A DNA stretch of 64,000 bases from the human T2T-CHM13v2.0 reference genome, Homo sapiens, in assembly GCF_009914755.1 (NCBI RefSeq), contig NC_060940.1, one strand, 5' to 3'. Below the pieces are notes generated by a model. It ran no database searches. It worked only from the letters and a program-made list of their open reading frames with translations, and was not told the origin of the DNA. Below, piece by piece: positions 43,401 to 57,982 of this stretch. The position numbers and the translations under genes are program-made. Position 1 is the first letter of the stretch. The number at the start of each line of letters is the position of its first letter.

Positions 43401-46400
43401 ATCCAATGATTCCATTCGAGTCCATTAGATGATTCCATTTGATTCCATTTGATTATGATTCTACTAGAGTCCATTCAATGACTCCATTCGAATCCATTCA
43501 ACAATTCCATTCGAGGCCATTCGATGATTCCATTTCATGATTCCATTCGAGTCCATTTAATCATTACAGTCGAGTCCATTTGGTGATTCCACTGGATTTC
43601 TTTTGATAATGATACCATTCAATTACATTTGATGATGATCCCATTCAATTTCATTTGATGGTGATTCCATTAGAGTCCATTAGATGATTTCATTCGAGTC
43701 CCTTCATTGATTCCATCCGATTTCATTGGATGATGACTCCATTCGAGTCCATTCGATGATTCCACTCGATTCCATTAGATGATTCCATTGGAGTCCATTT
43801 GATTGTTCCATTCGATTCTATTCGATTCCTTTCGAAGATTATTCCATTTGAGTCCATTCGATGATGATTCCATTCCATTCCATTCGATGATTCCGTTTGA
43901 TTCCATTCGATGATTCCCTTCGATTCCTTTCTTTGATGATTCCATTCCATTCCATTCAATGATTCCATTCGAATCTATTCCATGATGATTCCTTTCGATT
44001 CCATTCGCTGATGTTTCCGTTCAATTCCATTCGATGATGATTCCATTCGATTCCATTCATTGAGGATTCCATTTGATTCCATTCAATGATGATTCCGTTC
44101 TATTCCATTCAATGATTGCATTCAATTCCATTCAATGATTATCCCCTTAGAGTAAACTCAACGATTCCATTCAATACCATTCGATGATGATTCCTTTTGA
44201 GTCCATTCAATGATTTCATTCAAGTCCATTTGATGATTCCTTTCAATTCCATTCTATGATGATTCCATTCGAGTCCATTCGATGATTCCATTCGATTGCA
44301 TTCGATGATTCCATTATATTCCATTCAACGATGATTCCATTCGAGTCCATTCGATGATTCCATTAGAGTACATTTAATGATTGCTTAGTTTTCAATTCGA
44401 AGATGATTACATTGGATTCCATTCTATGATACCATTCGATTCCATTCAATGATGATTCCACTCAAATCCATTGGATGATTCCATTCGTGTCCATTCGGTG
44501 ATTTCATTAGATTCGATTCGAGGATGATTCCATTCGATTCCATTCGATGATGATTCCATTCGAGTCCATATGATGATTCCATTTGATTTCATTTGATGAT
44601 GATTCCATTCGATTCCATTCGGTGATGATTCCATTCCAGTCCATATGATCATTCCATTTGATTTCATTCGATGATGATTCCATTCGATTCCATTCGATGA
44701 TTCCATTCTATTCCATTCGATGATGATTCCATTCGAGTCCATTCGATGATTCCATTCGAGTCCATTTAATGATTCCATTGGGTTCAATTCAATGATGATT
44801 ACATTGGATTCCGTTCTATGATTCCATTCAATTCCGTTCATTGACAATTTGATTCCATTCGATGATGATTCCATTTGAGTTCATTCGATGATTCTATTCG
44901 ATTCTCTTCGATGGTGATTCAATTCTATTATATTGGATGATTCCATTCGATTCCATTTGATGTTGATTCAATTCGATTCTATTCGATGATGATTCCATTG
45001 GATTTCACTTGATGATTCTATTCGATTCCATTCAATGATGATTCACTTCTCGTCCATTGGATGATTCCATTTCATTCCATTCGATGATGATTCCATTCGA
45101 TTCCATTCGATGATTCCATTTGATTCCATGCGTTGGTGAGCAATTCGATTCAATTCCATGATGATTCTATTTGATTCAATTAGATGATGTTTCCATTCGA
45201 ATCCATTCCATGATTATTCCACTGGAATCCATTCGGCGATGATTCCATATGAGTCAATTCAATGATGATTCCATATGGGTCCGTTCGATGATAATTCCAT
45301 TTGATTTCATTCGGTGCTTCTATTCAATTCCAGTCGATGATGATTCCGTTGGAGTCCATACGATGATTCCATTTGATTTCATTTGATGATGATTCCATTC
45401 GATGATGATTACATTGGATTCCATTCTATGATTCCATTCAATTCCATTCGTTGATGATTCGATTCCATTCAATGATGATTCCATTTGAGTTCATTCGATG
45501 ATTCTATTCGATTCCGTTCGATGGTGATTCAATTCTCTTATATTGGATGAATCCACTCGATTCCATTTGATGATTATTCCATTGGAGTCCACTTAGTGAA
45601 TCCTTCAGATTCTACTCGAAGATGATTCCATTCAAGTCCATTCGATGATACCATTCAATTCCATTCGTTGATGCTTCCATTCAAGTGCATTCGATGATAT
45701 CATTCGATTCCATTTGATGATAATTCCATTTGATTCCATGCGATGATTCTATTCGATTCCATTCAATGATAATTCCATTCAGTTCAGTGATTCCTCTGGA
45801 CTCCATTTGATGATGATTCCATTCAATGATTCCATTCGATTCTATTCGAAAATGATTCCATTTGAATCCATTTGATGATGATTCCATTAGATTCCATTTG
45901 ATGATTCCATTCGATTCCATGCGACGATGATTCCATTCGATTCCATTTGATGATTCCATTCTATTCTATTCGATGATGATTCCATTCGATTCCATTCAAT
46001 GATGATTGGATTCGATTCCATTTGATGATTTCATTTGATTCCATTCGTTAATGATTTCGATCAATTCCATTCGATGATTCCATTCGATTCCATTCGATAA
46101 TGATTACATCCGTGTCCATTCAATGATTCCATTTGAGCCTGTTCGATAATTCCATTTGAGTCCAACCAATGATTCCATTTATTTCCATTCAATGATTCCA
46201 TTCGAGTCCATTTGATCATTCCGGTAGGGTCCATTCGATGTTGATTCCATTGGAGTGCATTCGATGATTCCATTCGAGTCCATTTTAGGATTTGATTCGA
46301 GTCCTTTCGATGATTCCATTCGATTCCACTCGATGATGATTTCATTCGAGTCCATTCGACACTTCCAATCGATTCCATTTGATGTTTCCATTCGAGTCCA

Positions 46401-46437
46401 ATTGATGATTCCATTCAATTCCATTCGATGATGATTC
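40487..46437 (+). repeat. 5,951-bp chimeric unit
   Basis: CGTACG at 40,487 and 46,438. ORFs 40731/46682 differ by 5,951. Confidence 0.86.
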
Positions 46438-49400
46438 CGTACGATTCCATTCTGTGATGATTCCATGTGATTGCATTCAATGATGATTCCTTTCGATTGC
46501 ATTCGATTGTGATTCATTTCGTCTTCATTCTATGGTTCCACAGGTTTCCATTCGTGTCCATTCCATTATTCCATTCTATTCCATTTGATGATGATTCCAT
46601 TCGATTCCATTCATTGGTGATTCCACTCAATTCCATTCAATGATTCCATTCCATTTCTTTCAACAATGATTCCATTAGTTTCTAATCGATGATCCACTTG
46701 ATTCCATTTGACGACGATTCCATTCTTGTCCATTCGATGATTCCATTTGATTCCATATGATGATTATTCCATTCGATTCCATACGATGAGGATTCCATTC
46801 GAGTCCATTCAATGGTGATTCCATTCAATTCCATTCGATGATTCCTTTCGATTCCATTCGATGATGATGGCATTCGATTCCTTTCAATCATTCCCTTTGA
46901 TTCCATTCAAAGGTGATTTCATTCAAGTCCATTCGATAATTGCATTCGATTCCATTCTATGATGATTCCATTCGAGTCCATTTGATGATTCCATTCAATT
47001 CAAGTCAATGATGATTCCATTCGATTCCATTCGATGATTCCATTGGATTCCATTCGATGATGATTCCATTCAAATCCATTCGATAATTCAATTCAAGTCC
47101 ATTCGATGATGATTAAAATCGAATCCATTCAAAGATTCCATTCAGTTCCATTCGATGATTCCCTTAGATTCCATTCAATGATTCCACTTGATTTCATTTA
47201 CGATGATTCCATTCGATTCCATGTGATGATTCCATTCAATTCTATTCAATGCTGTTTCCATTTGATTCCATTCGACCATGATTGCCTTTGATTCCATTCA
47301 ATGACTCCATTCGATTCCTTTTGATGATGATTCCGTTCGATTCCATTTCATTATTCCATTTGATTCCATTGGATGAGTCCATTCGATTACATTCGATGAT
47401 TATTCCATTCGAGTGCATTAGATGATTCCATTCGAGTCCATTCGATGATTCCATTCGATTCCATTCGATGTTGATTCTGTTCAAATCCATTCGATGATTC
47501 CACTCGATTCCATTCGATGACTCCAGTTGATCCCATTCGATGATTTCCTTTGATTCCCTTTGATGATCATTCCATTTGATTCAATTCGGTGATTTCATTT
47601 GATTCCATTCAGTGATGTTTCCATTCGACTCCATTCGATGATGATTCCATTCGACTCCATTCGATTATGATTTCATTCAATTCCATTCGATAATTATTCC
47701 CTTCGAGTCCATTCGATGATTCCATTCGATTCCATTCAACGATGATTTGATTCGTGTCCATTCGATGATTCCATTTGATTCCACTTGTTGATGATTCCAT
47801 TCGAGTCCATTTGATGATTCCATTCAATTCCATTCTCCGATGATTTCTTTTGAGACCATTCAATGCTTCCACTCGATTCCATATGATGATGACTCCATTC
47901 GATGAAATTCGATGATGATTCCCTTTGATTCCATTCAAAGATGATTCCATTCTAGCCCATTCAATCATTCCATTCGATTCTATTCAATGATGATTCCATT
48001 CATGTCGATTTGGTGATTCCATTTGACTTCATTTGATGATGATTCCTTTCAAGTTCATTAGATGATTCCATTCGATTCCATTTGATGATGATCCCATTCG
48101 AGTCCATTCAGTGATTCCACTCGTTTCCATTCCATGATGATTCCATTCCATTCCATTCAATGATTCCATTCGATTCCGTTTGATGATGATTTCATTCGAG
48201 TCCATTTGATGATTCCATTTGATTCCATTCGATGATGATTCCATTCGAGTCCATTCGATGATTCTATTCGAATCCATTTGATGATTTCTTTTGATTATAG
48301 TTGGTGATGATTCCATTGGAGTCCATTCAATGATTCCATTCGATTCCAATCGATGGTGATTCCATTAGAGTCCATTTAATGATTCCATTTGATTCCAGTC
48401 TCTGATGATTACATTCGAGTCCATACGATGATTCCACTCAATTCCATATGATGATGATTCCATTCGATTCCATTCGATGATTCCATTCTATTCTATTCAA
48501 TGGTGATTCCATTCGAGTAAATTAGATGATTCCATTCGATTCCATTCAATGATGATTCTATTTGTGTCCCTTAGATGATTCCACATGATTCCATTAGATG
48601 ATGATACTATTTGAGCCCATCCAATGATTCCCTTCGATTCCATTCGATGAGGATTCCATTCGATTCAATTCATTGGTGATTCTATTCAATTCAATTCTTT
48701 GATTCCATTCCATTCCATTCGACAATGATTCCATTCGATTTCTTTCGATGATTCCACTCGATTCCACTTGACATTGATTCCCTTCGATTCCATTCAATGA
48801 TTCCATTTGATTCCAGTGGATGATGATTGCCATCGATTCCATTCGATCACTCCATTCTATTCCATTTGATGATGATTACATTCGATTCCATTTGACGATT
48901 CCATCTGATTCTATTCGAGGATTCCATTTGATTCCATTCGATGATGATTCCATTCGAGTCCATTCGATGATTTCATTCGAGTACATCCAATGATTCCATT
49001 CGAGTCCATTTGATGATTCCATTTGATTCCATTTGATTATGATTCTACTAGAGTCCATTCAATGACTCCATTCGAGTCCATTCAACAATTCCATTCGACT
49101 CCATTCGATGATTCCATTCGATTCCATTTGATGATTCCATTCGAGTCCATTTAATCATTACAGTCGAGTCCATTTGGTGATTCCGCTGGATTTCCTTTGA
49201 TAATGATACCATTCAATTACATTTGATGATGATCCCATTCAATTTCATTTGATGATGATTCCATTAGAGTCCATTCGATGATTTTATTCGAGTCCCTTCA
49301 TTGATTCCATCCGATTTCATTGGATGATGACTCCATTCGAGTCCATTCGATGATTCCACTCGATTCCATTAGATGATTCCATTGGAGTCCATTTGATTGT

Positions 49401-51920
49401 TCCATTCGATTCCATTCGATTCCTTTCGAAGATTATTCCATTTGAGTCCATTCGATGATGATTCCATTCGATGATTCCGTTTGATTCCATTCGATGATTC
49501 CCTTCGATTCCTTTCTTTGATGATTCCTTTCCATTCCATTCAATGATTCCATTTGAATCTATTCCATGATGATTCCTTTCGATTCCATTCGCTGATGTTT
49601 CCGTTCAATTCCATTCGATGATGATTCCATTCGATTCCATTCATTGAGGATTCCATTTGATTCCATTCAATGATGATTCCATTCTATTCCATTCAATGAT
49701 TGCATTCAATTCCATTCAATGATTATCCCATTAGAGTAAACTCAACGATTCCATTCAATACCATTCGATGATGATTCCTTTTGAGTCCATTCAATGATTT
49801 CATTCAAGTCCATTTGATGATTCCTTTCAATTCCATTCTATGATGATTCCATTCGAGTCCATTCGATGATTCCATTCGATTGCATTCGATGATTCCATTA
49901 TATTCCATTCAACGAAGATTCCATTCGAGTCCATTCGATGATTCCATTAGAGTACATTTAATGATTGCTTTGTTTTCAATTCGAAGGTGATTACATTCGA
50001 TTCCATTCTATGATACCATTCGATTCCATTCAATGATGACTCCACTCAAATCCATTGGATGATTCCATTCGTGTCCATTCGGTGATTTCATTAGATTCCA
50101 TTCGAGGATGATTCCATTCGATTCCATTCGATGATTCCATTCAATTCCATTCGATGATGATTCCATTCGAGTCCATATGATCATTCCATTTGATTTCATT
50201 CGATGATGATTCTATTCGATTCCATTCGACGATTCCATTCTATTCCATTCGATGATGATTCCATTCGAGTCCATTCGATGATTCCATTCGAGTCCATTTA
50301 ATGATTCCATTGGGTTCAATTCAATGATGATTACATTGGATTCCGTTCTATGATTCCATTCAATTCCGTTCATTGACAATTTGATTCCATTCGATGATGA
50401 TTCCATTTGAGTTCATTCGATGATTCTATTCGATTCTCTTCGATGGTGATTCAATTCTATTATATTGGATGATTCCATTCGATTCCATTTGATGTTGATT
50501 CAATTCGATTCTATTCGATGATGATTCCATTGGATTTCACTTGATGATTCTATTCGATTCCATTCAATGATGATTCACTTCTCGTCCATTGGATGATTCC
50601 ATTTCATTCCATTCGATGATGATTCCATTCGATTCCATTCGATGATTCCATTTGATTCCATGCGACGGTGAGCAATTCGATTCAATTCCATGATGATTCT
50701 ATTTGATTCAATTAGATGATGTTTCCATTCGAATCCATTCCATGATTATTCCATTGGAATCCATTCGGCGATGATTCCATATGAGTCAATTCAATGATGA
50801 TTCCATATGGGTCCGTTCGATGATAATTCCATTTGATTTCATTCGATGCTTCTATTCAATTCCAGTCGATGATGATTCCGTTGGAGTCCATACGATGATT
50901 CCATTTGATTTCATTTCATGATGATTCCATTCGATGACGATTACATTGGATTCCATTCTATGATTCCATTCAATTCCATTCGTTGATGATTCGATTCCAT
51001 TCAATGATGATTCCATTTGAGTTCATTCGGTGATTCTATTCGATTCCATTCTATGGTGATTCAATTCTCTTATATTGGATGATTCGACTCGATTCCATTT
51101 GATGATTATTCCATTGGAGTCCACTTAGTGAATCCTTTAGATTCTACTCGAAGATGATTCCATTCGAGTCCATTCGATGATACCATTCAATTCCATTCGT
51201 TGATGCTTCCATTCAAGTGCATTCGATGATATCATTCGATTCCATTTGAGGATAATTCCATTTGATTCCATGCGATGATTCTATTCGATTCCATTCAATG
51301 ATAATTCCATTCAATTCAGTGATTCCTCTGGACTCCATTTGATGATGATTCCATTCAATGATTCCATTCTATTCTATTCGAAAATGATTACATTTGAATC
51401 CATTTGATGACGATTCCATTCCATTCCATTTGATGATTCCATACTATTCTATTCGATGATGATTCCATTCGATTCCATTCGATGATGATTGGATTCGATT
51501 CCATTTGATGATTTCATTTGATTCCATTCGTTAATGATTTCGATCAATTCCATTCGATGATTCCATTCGATTCCATTCGATAATGATTACATCCGAGTCC
51601 ATTCGATGATTCCATTTGAGCCTGTTCGATAATTCCATTTGAGTCCAACCAATGATTCCATTCATTTCCATTCAATGATTCCATTCGAGTCCATTTGATC
51701 ATTCCGGTAGGGTCCATTCGATGTTGATTCCATTGGAGTGCATTCGATGATTCCATTCGAGTCCATTTTAGGATTTGATTCGAGTCCTTTCGATGATTCC
51801 ATTCGATTCCACTCGATGATGATTTCATTCGAGTCCATTCGACACTTCCAATCGATTCCATTTGATGATTCCATTCGAGTCCAATTGATGATTCCATTCA
51901 ATTCCATTCGATGATGATTC
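46438..51920 (+). repeat. Second 5,483-bp deletion-variant unit, near-identical to 35,004-40,486
   Basis: CGTACG at 46,438 and 51,921. Offset 11,434 for ORFs 35672/47106, 36175/47609, 38574/50008 and 40110/51544. Confidence 0.88.
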
Positions 51921-54900
51921 CGTACGATTCCATTCTGTGATGATTCCATGTGATTGCATTCAATGATGATTCCTTTCGATTGCATTCGATTATGATTCAT
52001 TTCGTGTTCATTCTATGGTTCCACAGGTTTCCATTCGTGTCCATTCCATTATTCCATTCTATTCCATTTGATGATGATTCCATTCGATTCCATTCATTGG
52101 TGATTCCACTCAATTCCATTCAATGATTCCATTCCATTTCTTTCAACAATGATTCCATTAGTTTCTAATCGATGATCCACTTGATTCCATTTGACGACGA
52201 TTCCATTCTTGTCCATTCGATGATTCCATTTGATTCCATATGATGATGATTCCATTCGATTCCATACCATGATGATTCCATTCGAGTCCATTCAATGGTG
52301 ATTCCATTCAATTCCATTCGATGATTCCTTTCGATTCCATTCGATGATGATGGCATTCGATTCCTTTCAATCATTCCCTTTGATTCCATTCAAAGGTGAT
52401 TTCATTCAAGTCCATTCGATAATTGCATTCGATTCCATTCTATGATGATTCCATTCGAGTCCATTTGATGATTCCATTCAATTCAAGTCAATGATGATTC
52501 CATTCGATTCCATTCGATGATTCCATTGGATTCCATTCGATGATGATTCCATTCAAATCCATTCGATAATTCAATTCAAGTCCATTCGATGATGATTCCA
52601 ATCGAATCCATTCAAGGATTCCATTCAGTTCCATTCGATGATTCCCTTGGATTCCATTCGATGATTCCACTTGATTGCATTTACGATGATTCCATTCGAT
52701 TCCATGTGATGATTCCATTCAATTCTATTCAATGATGTCTCCATTTGATTCCATTCGACCATGATTGCCTTTGATTCCATTCAATGATTCCATTCGGTTC
52801 CGTTTGATGATGATTCCGTTCGATTCCATTTGATGATTCCATTTGATTCCATTGGATGAGTCCATTCGATTACATTCGATGATTATTCCATTCGAGTGCA
52901 TTAGATGATTCCATTCGAGTCCATTCGATGATTCCATTCGATTCCATTCGATGTTGATTCTGTTCAAATCCATTCGATGATTCCACTCGATTCCATTCGA
53001 TGACTCCATTTGATCCCATTCGATGATTTCCTTTGATTCCCTTTGATGATCATTCCATTTGATTCAATTCGGTGATTTCATTTGATTCCATTCAGTGATG
53101 TTTCCATTCGACTCCATTCGATGATGATTCCATTCGACTCCATTCGATTATGATTTCATTCAATTCCATTCGATAATGATTCCCTTCGAGTCCATTCGAT
53201 GATTCCATTCGATTCCATTCAACGATGATTTGATTCGTGTCCATTCGATGATTCCATTTGATTCCACTTGATGATGATTCCATTCGAGTCCATTTGATGA
53301 TTCCATTCAATTCCATACTCCGATGATTTCTTTTGAGCCCACTCAATGCTTCCACTCGATTCCATATGATGATGACTCCATTCGATGAAATTCGATGATG
53401 ATTCCATTCGCTTGCTTTCGATGATGATTCCACTTGAGTCCGTTAGAAGATTCTATTCAATTACATTCCAGGACGATTCCGTTCGAGTCCATTTGATGAT
53501 TCCATTAGACTCCATTCGACGATGATTCCATTCGATGTTATTCGATGATTCCATTCGATCTCATTCGATGATGATTCCATTCAACTCCATTCGATGTTTC
53601 CATTCGAGTTCATTCTATTATTCCATTAGATTCCATTCGATGATGATTCCATTCGATTCCATTTGATGATTGCATTCTATTTCATTTGATGATGATTCCA
53701 TTCGAGTCCACTCGATGATTCCATTCGAGTCCATTTAATGAATCCATTGGTTTCAATTCTATGATGATTACATTGGATTCCATTCGTTGATGATTTCATT
53801 CGGTTCCATTCAATGATGATTCCATTCAATTCCTTTCAATGTTTCCATTCAATTCCATACGATGATGATTCCATTTGATTTGATTCGACAGTGAGCCATT
53901 CGATTCAATTTCATGATGATTCTATTTATTCAATTGGTTGACATTTCCATTCGATTCCATTCGATGATGATTCCCTTTGATTCCATTCAAAGATGATTCC
54001 ATTCTAGCCCATTCAATCATTCCATTCGATTCTATTCAATGATGATTCCATTCATGTCGATTTGGTGATTCCATTTGACTTCATTTGATGATGATTCCTT
54101 TCAAGTTCATTAGATGATTCCATTCGATTCCATTTGATGATGATCCCATTCGAGTCCACTCAGTGATTCCACTCGTTTCCATTCCATGATGATTCCATTC
54201 CATTCCATTCAATGATTCCATTCGATTCCGTTTGATGATGATTTCATTCGAGTCCATTTGATGATTCCATTTGATTCCATTCGATGATGATTCCATTCGA
54301 GTCCATTCGATGATTCTATTCGAATCCATTTGATGATTTCTTTTGATTATAGTTGGTGATGATTCCATTGGAGTCCATTCAATGATTCCATTCGATTCCA
54401 ATCGATGGTGATTCCATTAGAGTCCATTTAATGATTCCATTTGATTCCAGTCTCTGATGATTACATTCGAGTCCATACGATGATTCCACTCAATTCCATA
54501 TGATGATGATTCCATTCGATTCCATTCGATGATTCCATTCTATTCTATTCAATGGTGATTCCATTCGAGTACATTAGATGATTCCATTCGATTCCATTCA
54601 ATGATGATTCTATTTGTGTCCCTTAGATGATTCCACATGATTCCATTAGATGATGATACTATTTGAGCCCATCCAATGATTCCCTTCGATTCCATTCGAT
54701 GAGGATTCCATTCGATTCAATTCATTGGTGATTCTATTCAATTCAATTCTTTGATTCCATTCCATTCCATTCGACAATGATTCCATTCGATTTCTTTCGA
54801 TGATTCCACTCGATTCCACTTGACATTGATTCCCTTCGATTCCATTCAATGATTCCATTTGATTCCAGTGGATGATGATTGCCATCGATTCCATTCGATC

Positions 54901-57900
54901 ACTCCATTCTATTCCATTTGATGATGATTACATTCGATTCCATTTGACGATTCCATCTGATTCTATTCGAGGATTCCATTTGATTCCATTCGATGATGAT
55001 TCCATTCGAGTCCATTCGATGATTTCATTCGAGTACATCCAATGATTCCATTCGAGTCCATTTGATGATTCCATTTGATTCCATTTGATTATGATTCTAC
55101 TAGAGTCCATTCAATGACTCCATTCGAGTCCATTCAACAATTCCATTCGACTCCATTCGATGATTCCATTCGATTCCATTTGATGATTCCATTCGAGTCC
55201 ATTTAATCATTACAGTCGAGTCCATTTGGTGATTCCGCTGGATTTCCTTTGATAATGATACCATTCAATTACATTTGATGATGATCCCATTCAATTTCAT
55301 TTGATGATGATTCCATTAGAGTCCATTCGATGATTTTATTCGAGTCCCTTCATTGATTCCATCCGATTTCATTGGATGATGACTCCATTCGAGTCCATTC
55401 GATGATTCCACTCGATTCCATTAGATGATTCCATTGGAGTCCATTTGATTGTTCCATTCGATTCCATTCGATTCCTTTCGAAGATTATTCCATTTGAGTC
55501 CATTCGATGATGATTCCATTCCATTCCATTCGATGATTCCGTTTGATTCCATTCGATGATTCCCTTCGATTCCTTTCTTTGATGATTCCATTCCATTCCA
55601 TTCAATGATTCCATTTGAATCTATTCCATGATGATTCCTTTCGATTCCATTCGCTGATGTTTCCGTTCAATTCCATTCGATGATGATTCCATTCGATTCC
55701 ATTCATTGAGGATTCCATTTGATTCCATTCAATGATGATTCCATTCTATTCCATTCAATGATTGCATTCAATTCCATTCAATGATTATCCCATTAGAGTA
55801 AACTCAACGATTCCATTCAATACCATTCGATGATGATTCCTTTTGAGTCCATTCAATGATTTCATTCAAGTCCATTTGATGATTCCTTTCAATTCCATTC
55901 TATGATGATTCCATTCGAGTCCATTCGATGATTCCATTCGATTGCATTCGATGATTCCATTATATTCCATTCAACGATGATTCCATTCGAGTCCATTCGA
56001 TGATTCCATTAGAGTACATTTAATGATTGCTTTGTTTTCAATTCGAAGATGATTACATTCGATTCCATTCTATGATACCATTCGATTCCATTCAATGATG
56101 ACTCCACTCAAATCCATTGGATGATTCCATTCGTGTCCATTCGGTGATTTCATTAGATTCCATTCGAGGATGATTCCATTCGATTCCATTCGATGATTCC
56201 ATTCAATTCCATTCGATGATGATTCCATTCGAGTCCATATGATCATTCCATTTGATTTCATTCGATGATGATTCCATTCGATTCCATTCGACGATTCCAT
56301 TCTATTCCATTCGATGATGATTCCATTCGAGTCCATTCGATGATTCCATTCGAGTCCATTTAATGATTCCATTGGGTTCAATTCAATGATGATTACATTG
56401 GATTCCGTTCTATGATTCCATTCAATTCCGTTAATTGACAATTTGATTCCATTCGATGATGATTCCATTTGAGTTCATTCGATGATTCTATTCGATTCTC
56501 TTCGATGGTGATTCAATTCTATTATATTGGATGATTCCATTCGATTCCATTTGATGTTGATTCAATTCGATTCTATTCGATGATGATTCCATTGGATTTC
56601 ACTTGATGATTCTATTCGATTCCATTCAATGATGATTCACTTCTCGTCCATTGGATGATTCCATTTCATTCCATTCGATGATGATTCCATTCGATTCCAT
56701 TCGATGATTCCATTTGATTCCATGCGACGGTGAGCAATTCGATTCAATTCCATGATGATTCTATTTGATTCAATTAGATGATGTTTCCATTCGAATCCAT
56801 TCCATGATTATTCCATTGGAATCCATTCGGCGATGATTCCATATGAGTCAATTCAATGATGATTCCATATGGGTCCGTTCGATGATAATTCCATTTGATT
56901 TCATTCGCTGCTTCTATTCAATTCCAGTCGATGATGATTCCGTTGGAGTCCATACGATGATTCCATTTGATTTCATTTCATGATGATTCCATTCGATGAC
57001 GATTACATTGGATTCCATTCTATGACTCCATTCAATTCCATTCGTTGATGATTCGATTCCATTCAATGATGATTCCATTTGAGTTCATTCGGTGATTCTA
57101 TTCGATTCCATTCTATGGTGATTCAATTCTCTTATATTGGAAGATTCGACTCGATTCCATTTGATGATTATTCCATTGGAGTCCACTTAGTGAATCCTTT
57201 AGATTCTACTCGAAGATGATTCCATTCGAGTCCATTCGATGATACCATTCAATTTCATTCGTTGATGCTTCCATTCAAGTGCATTCGATGATATCATTCG
57301 ATTCCATTTGAGGATAATTCCATTTGATTCCATGCGATGATTCTATTCGATTCCATTCAATGATAATTCCATTCAATTCAGTGATTCCTCTGGACTCCAT
57401 TTGATGATGATTCCATTCAATGATTCCATTCGATTCTATTCGAAAATGATTACATTTGAATCCATTTGATGACGATTCCATTCCATTCCATTTGATGATT
57501 CCATACTATTCTATTCGATGATGATTCCATTCGATTCCATTCGATGATGATTGGATTCGATTCCATTTGATGATTTCATTTGATTCCATTCGTTAATGAT
57601 TTCGATCAATTCCATTCGATGATTCCATTCGATTCCATTCGATAATGATTACATCCGAGTCCATTCGATGATTCCATTTGAGCCTGTTCGATAATTCCAT
57701 TTGAGTCCAACCAATGATTCCATTCATTTCCATTCAATGATTCCATTCGAGTCCATTTGATCATTCCAGTAGGGTCCATTCGATGTTGATTCCATTGGAG
57801 TGCATTCGATGATTCCATTCGAGTCCATTTTAGGATTTGATTCGAGTCCTTTCGATGATTCCATTCGATTCCACTCGATGATGATTTCATTCGAGTCCAT

Positions 57901-57982
57901 TCGACACTTCCAATCGATTCCATTTGATGATTCCATTCGAGTCCAATTGATGATTCCATTCAATTCCATTCGATGATGATTC
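51921..57982 (+). repeat. 6,062-bp unit
   Basis: CGTACG at 51,921 and 57,983. ORFs 52094/58156, 54081/60143 and 56070/62132 differ by 6,062. Confidence 0.9.
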
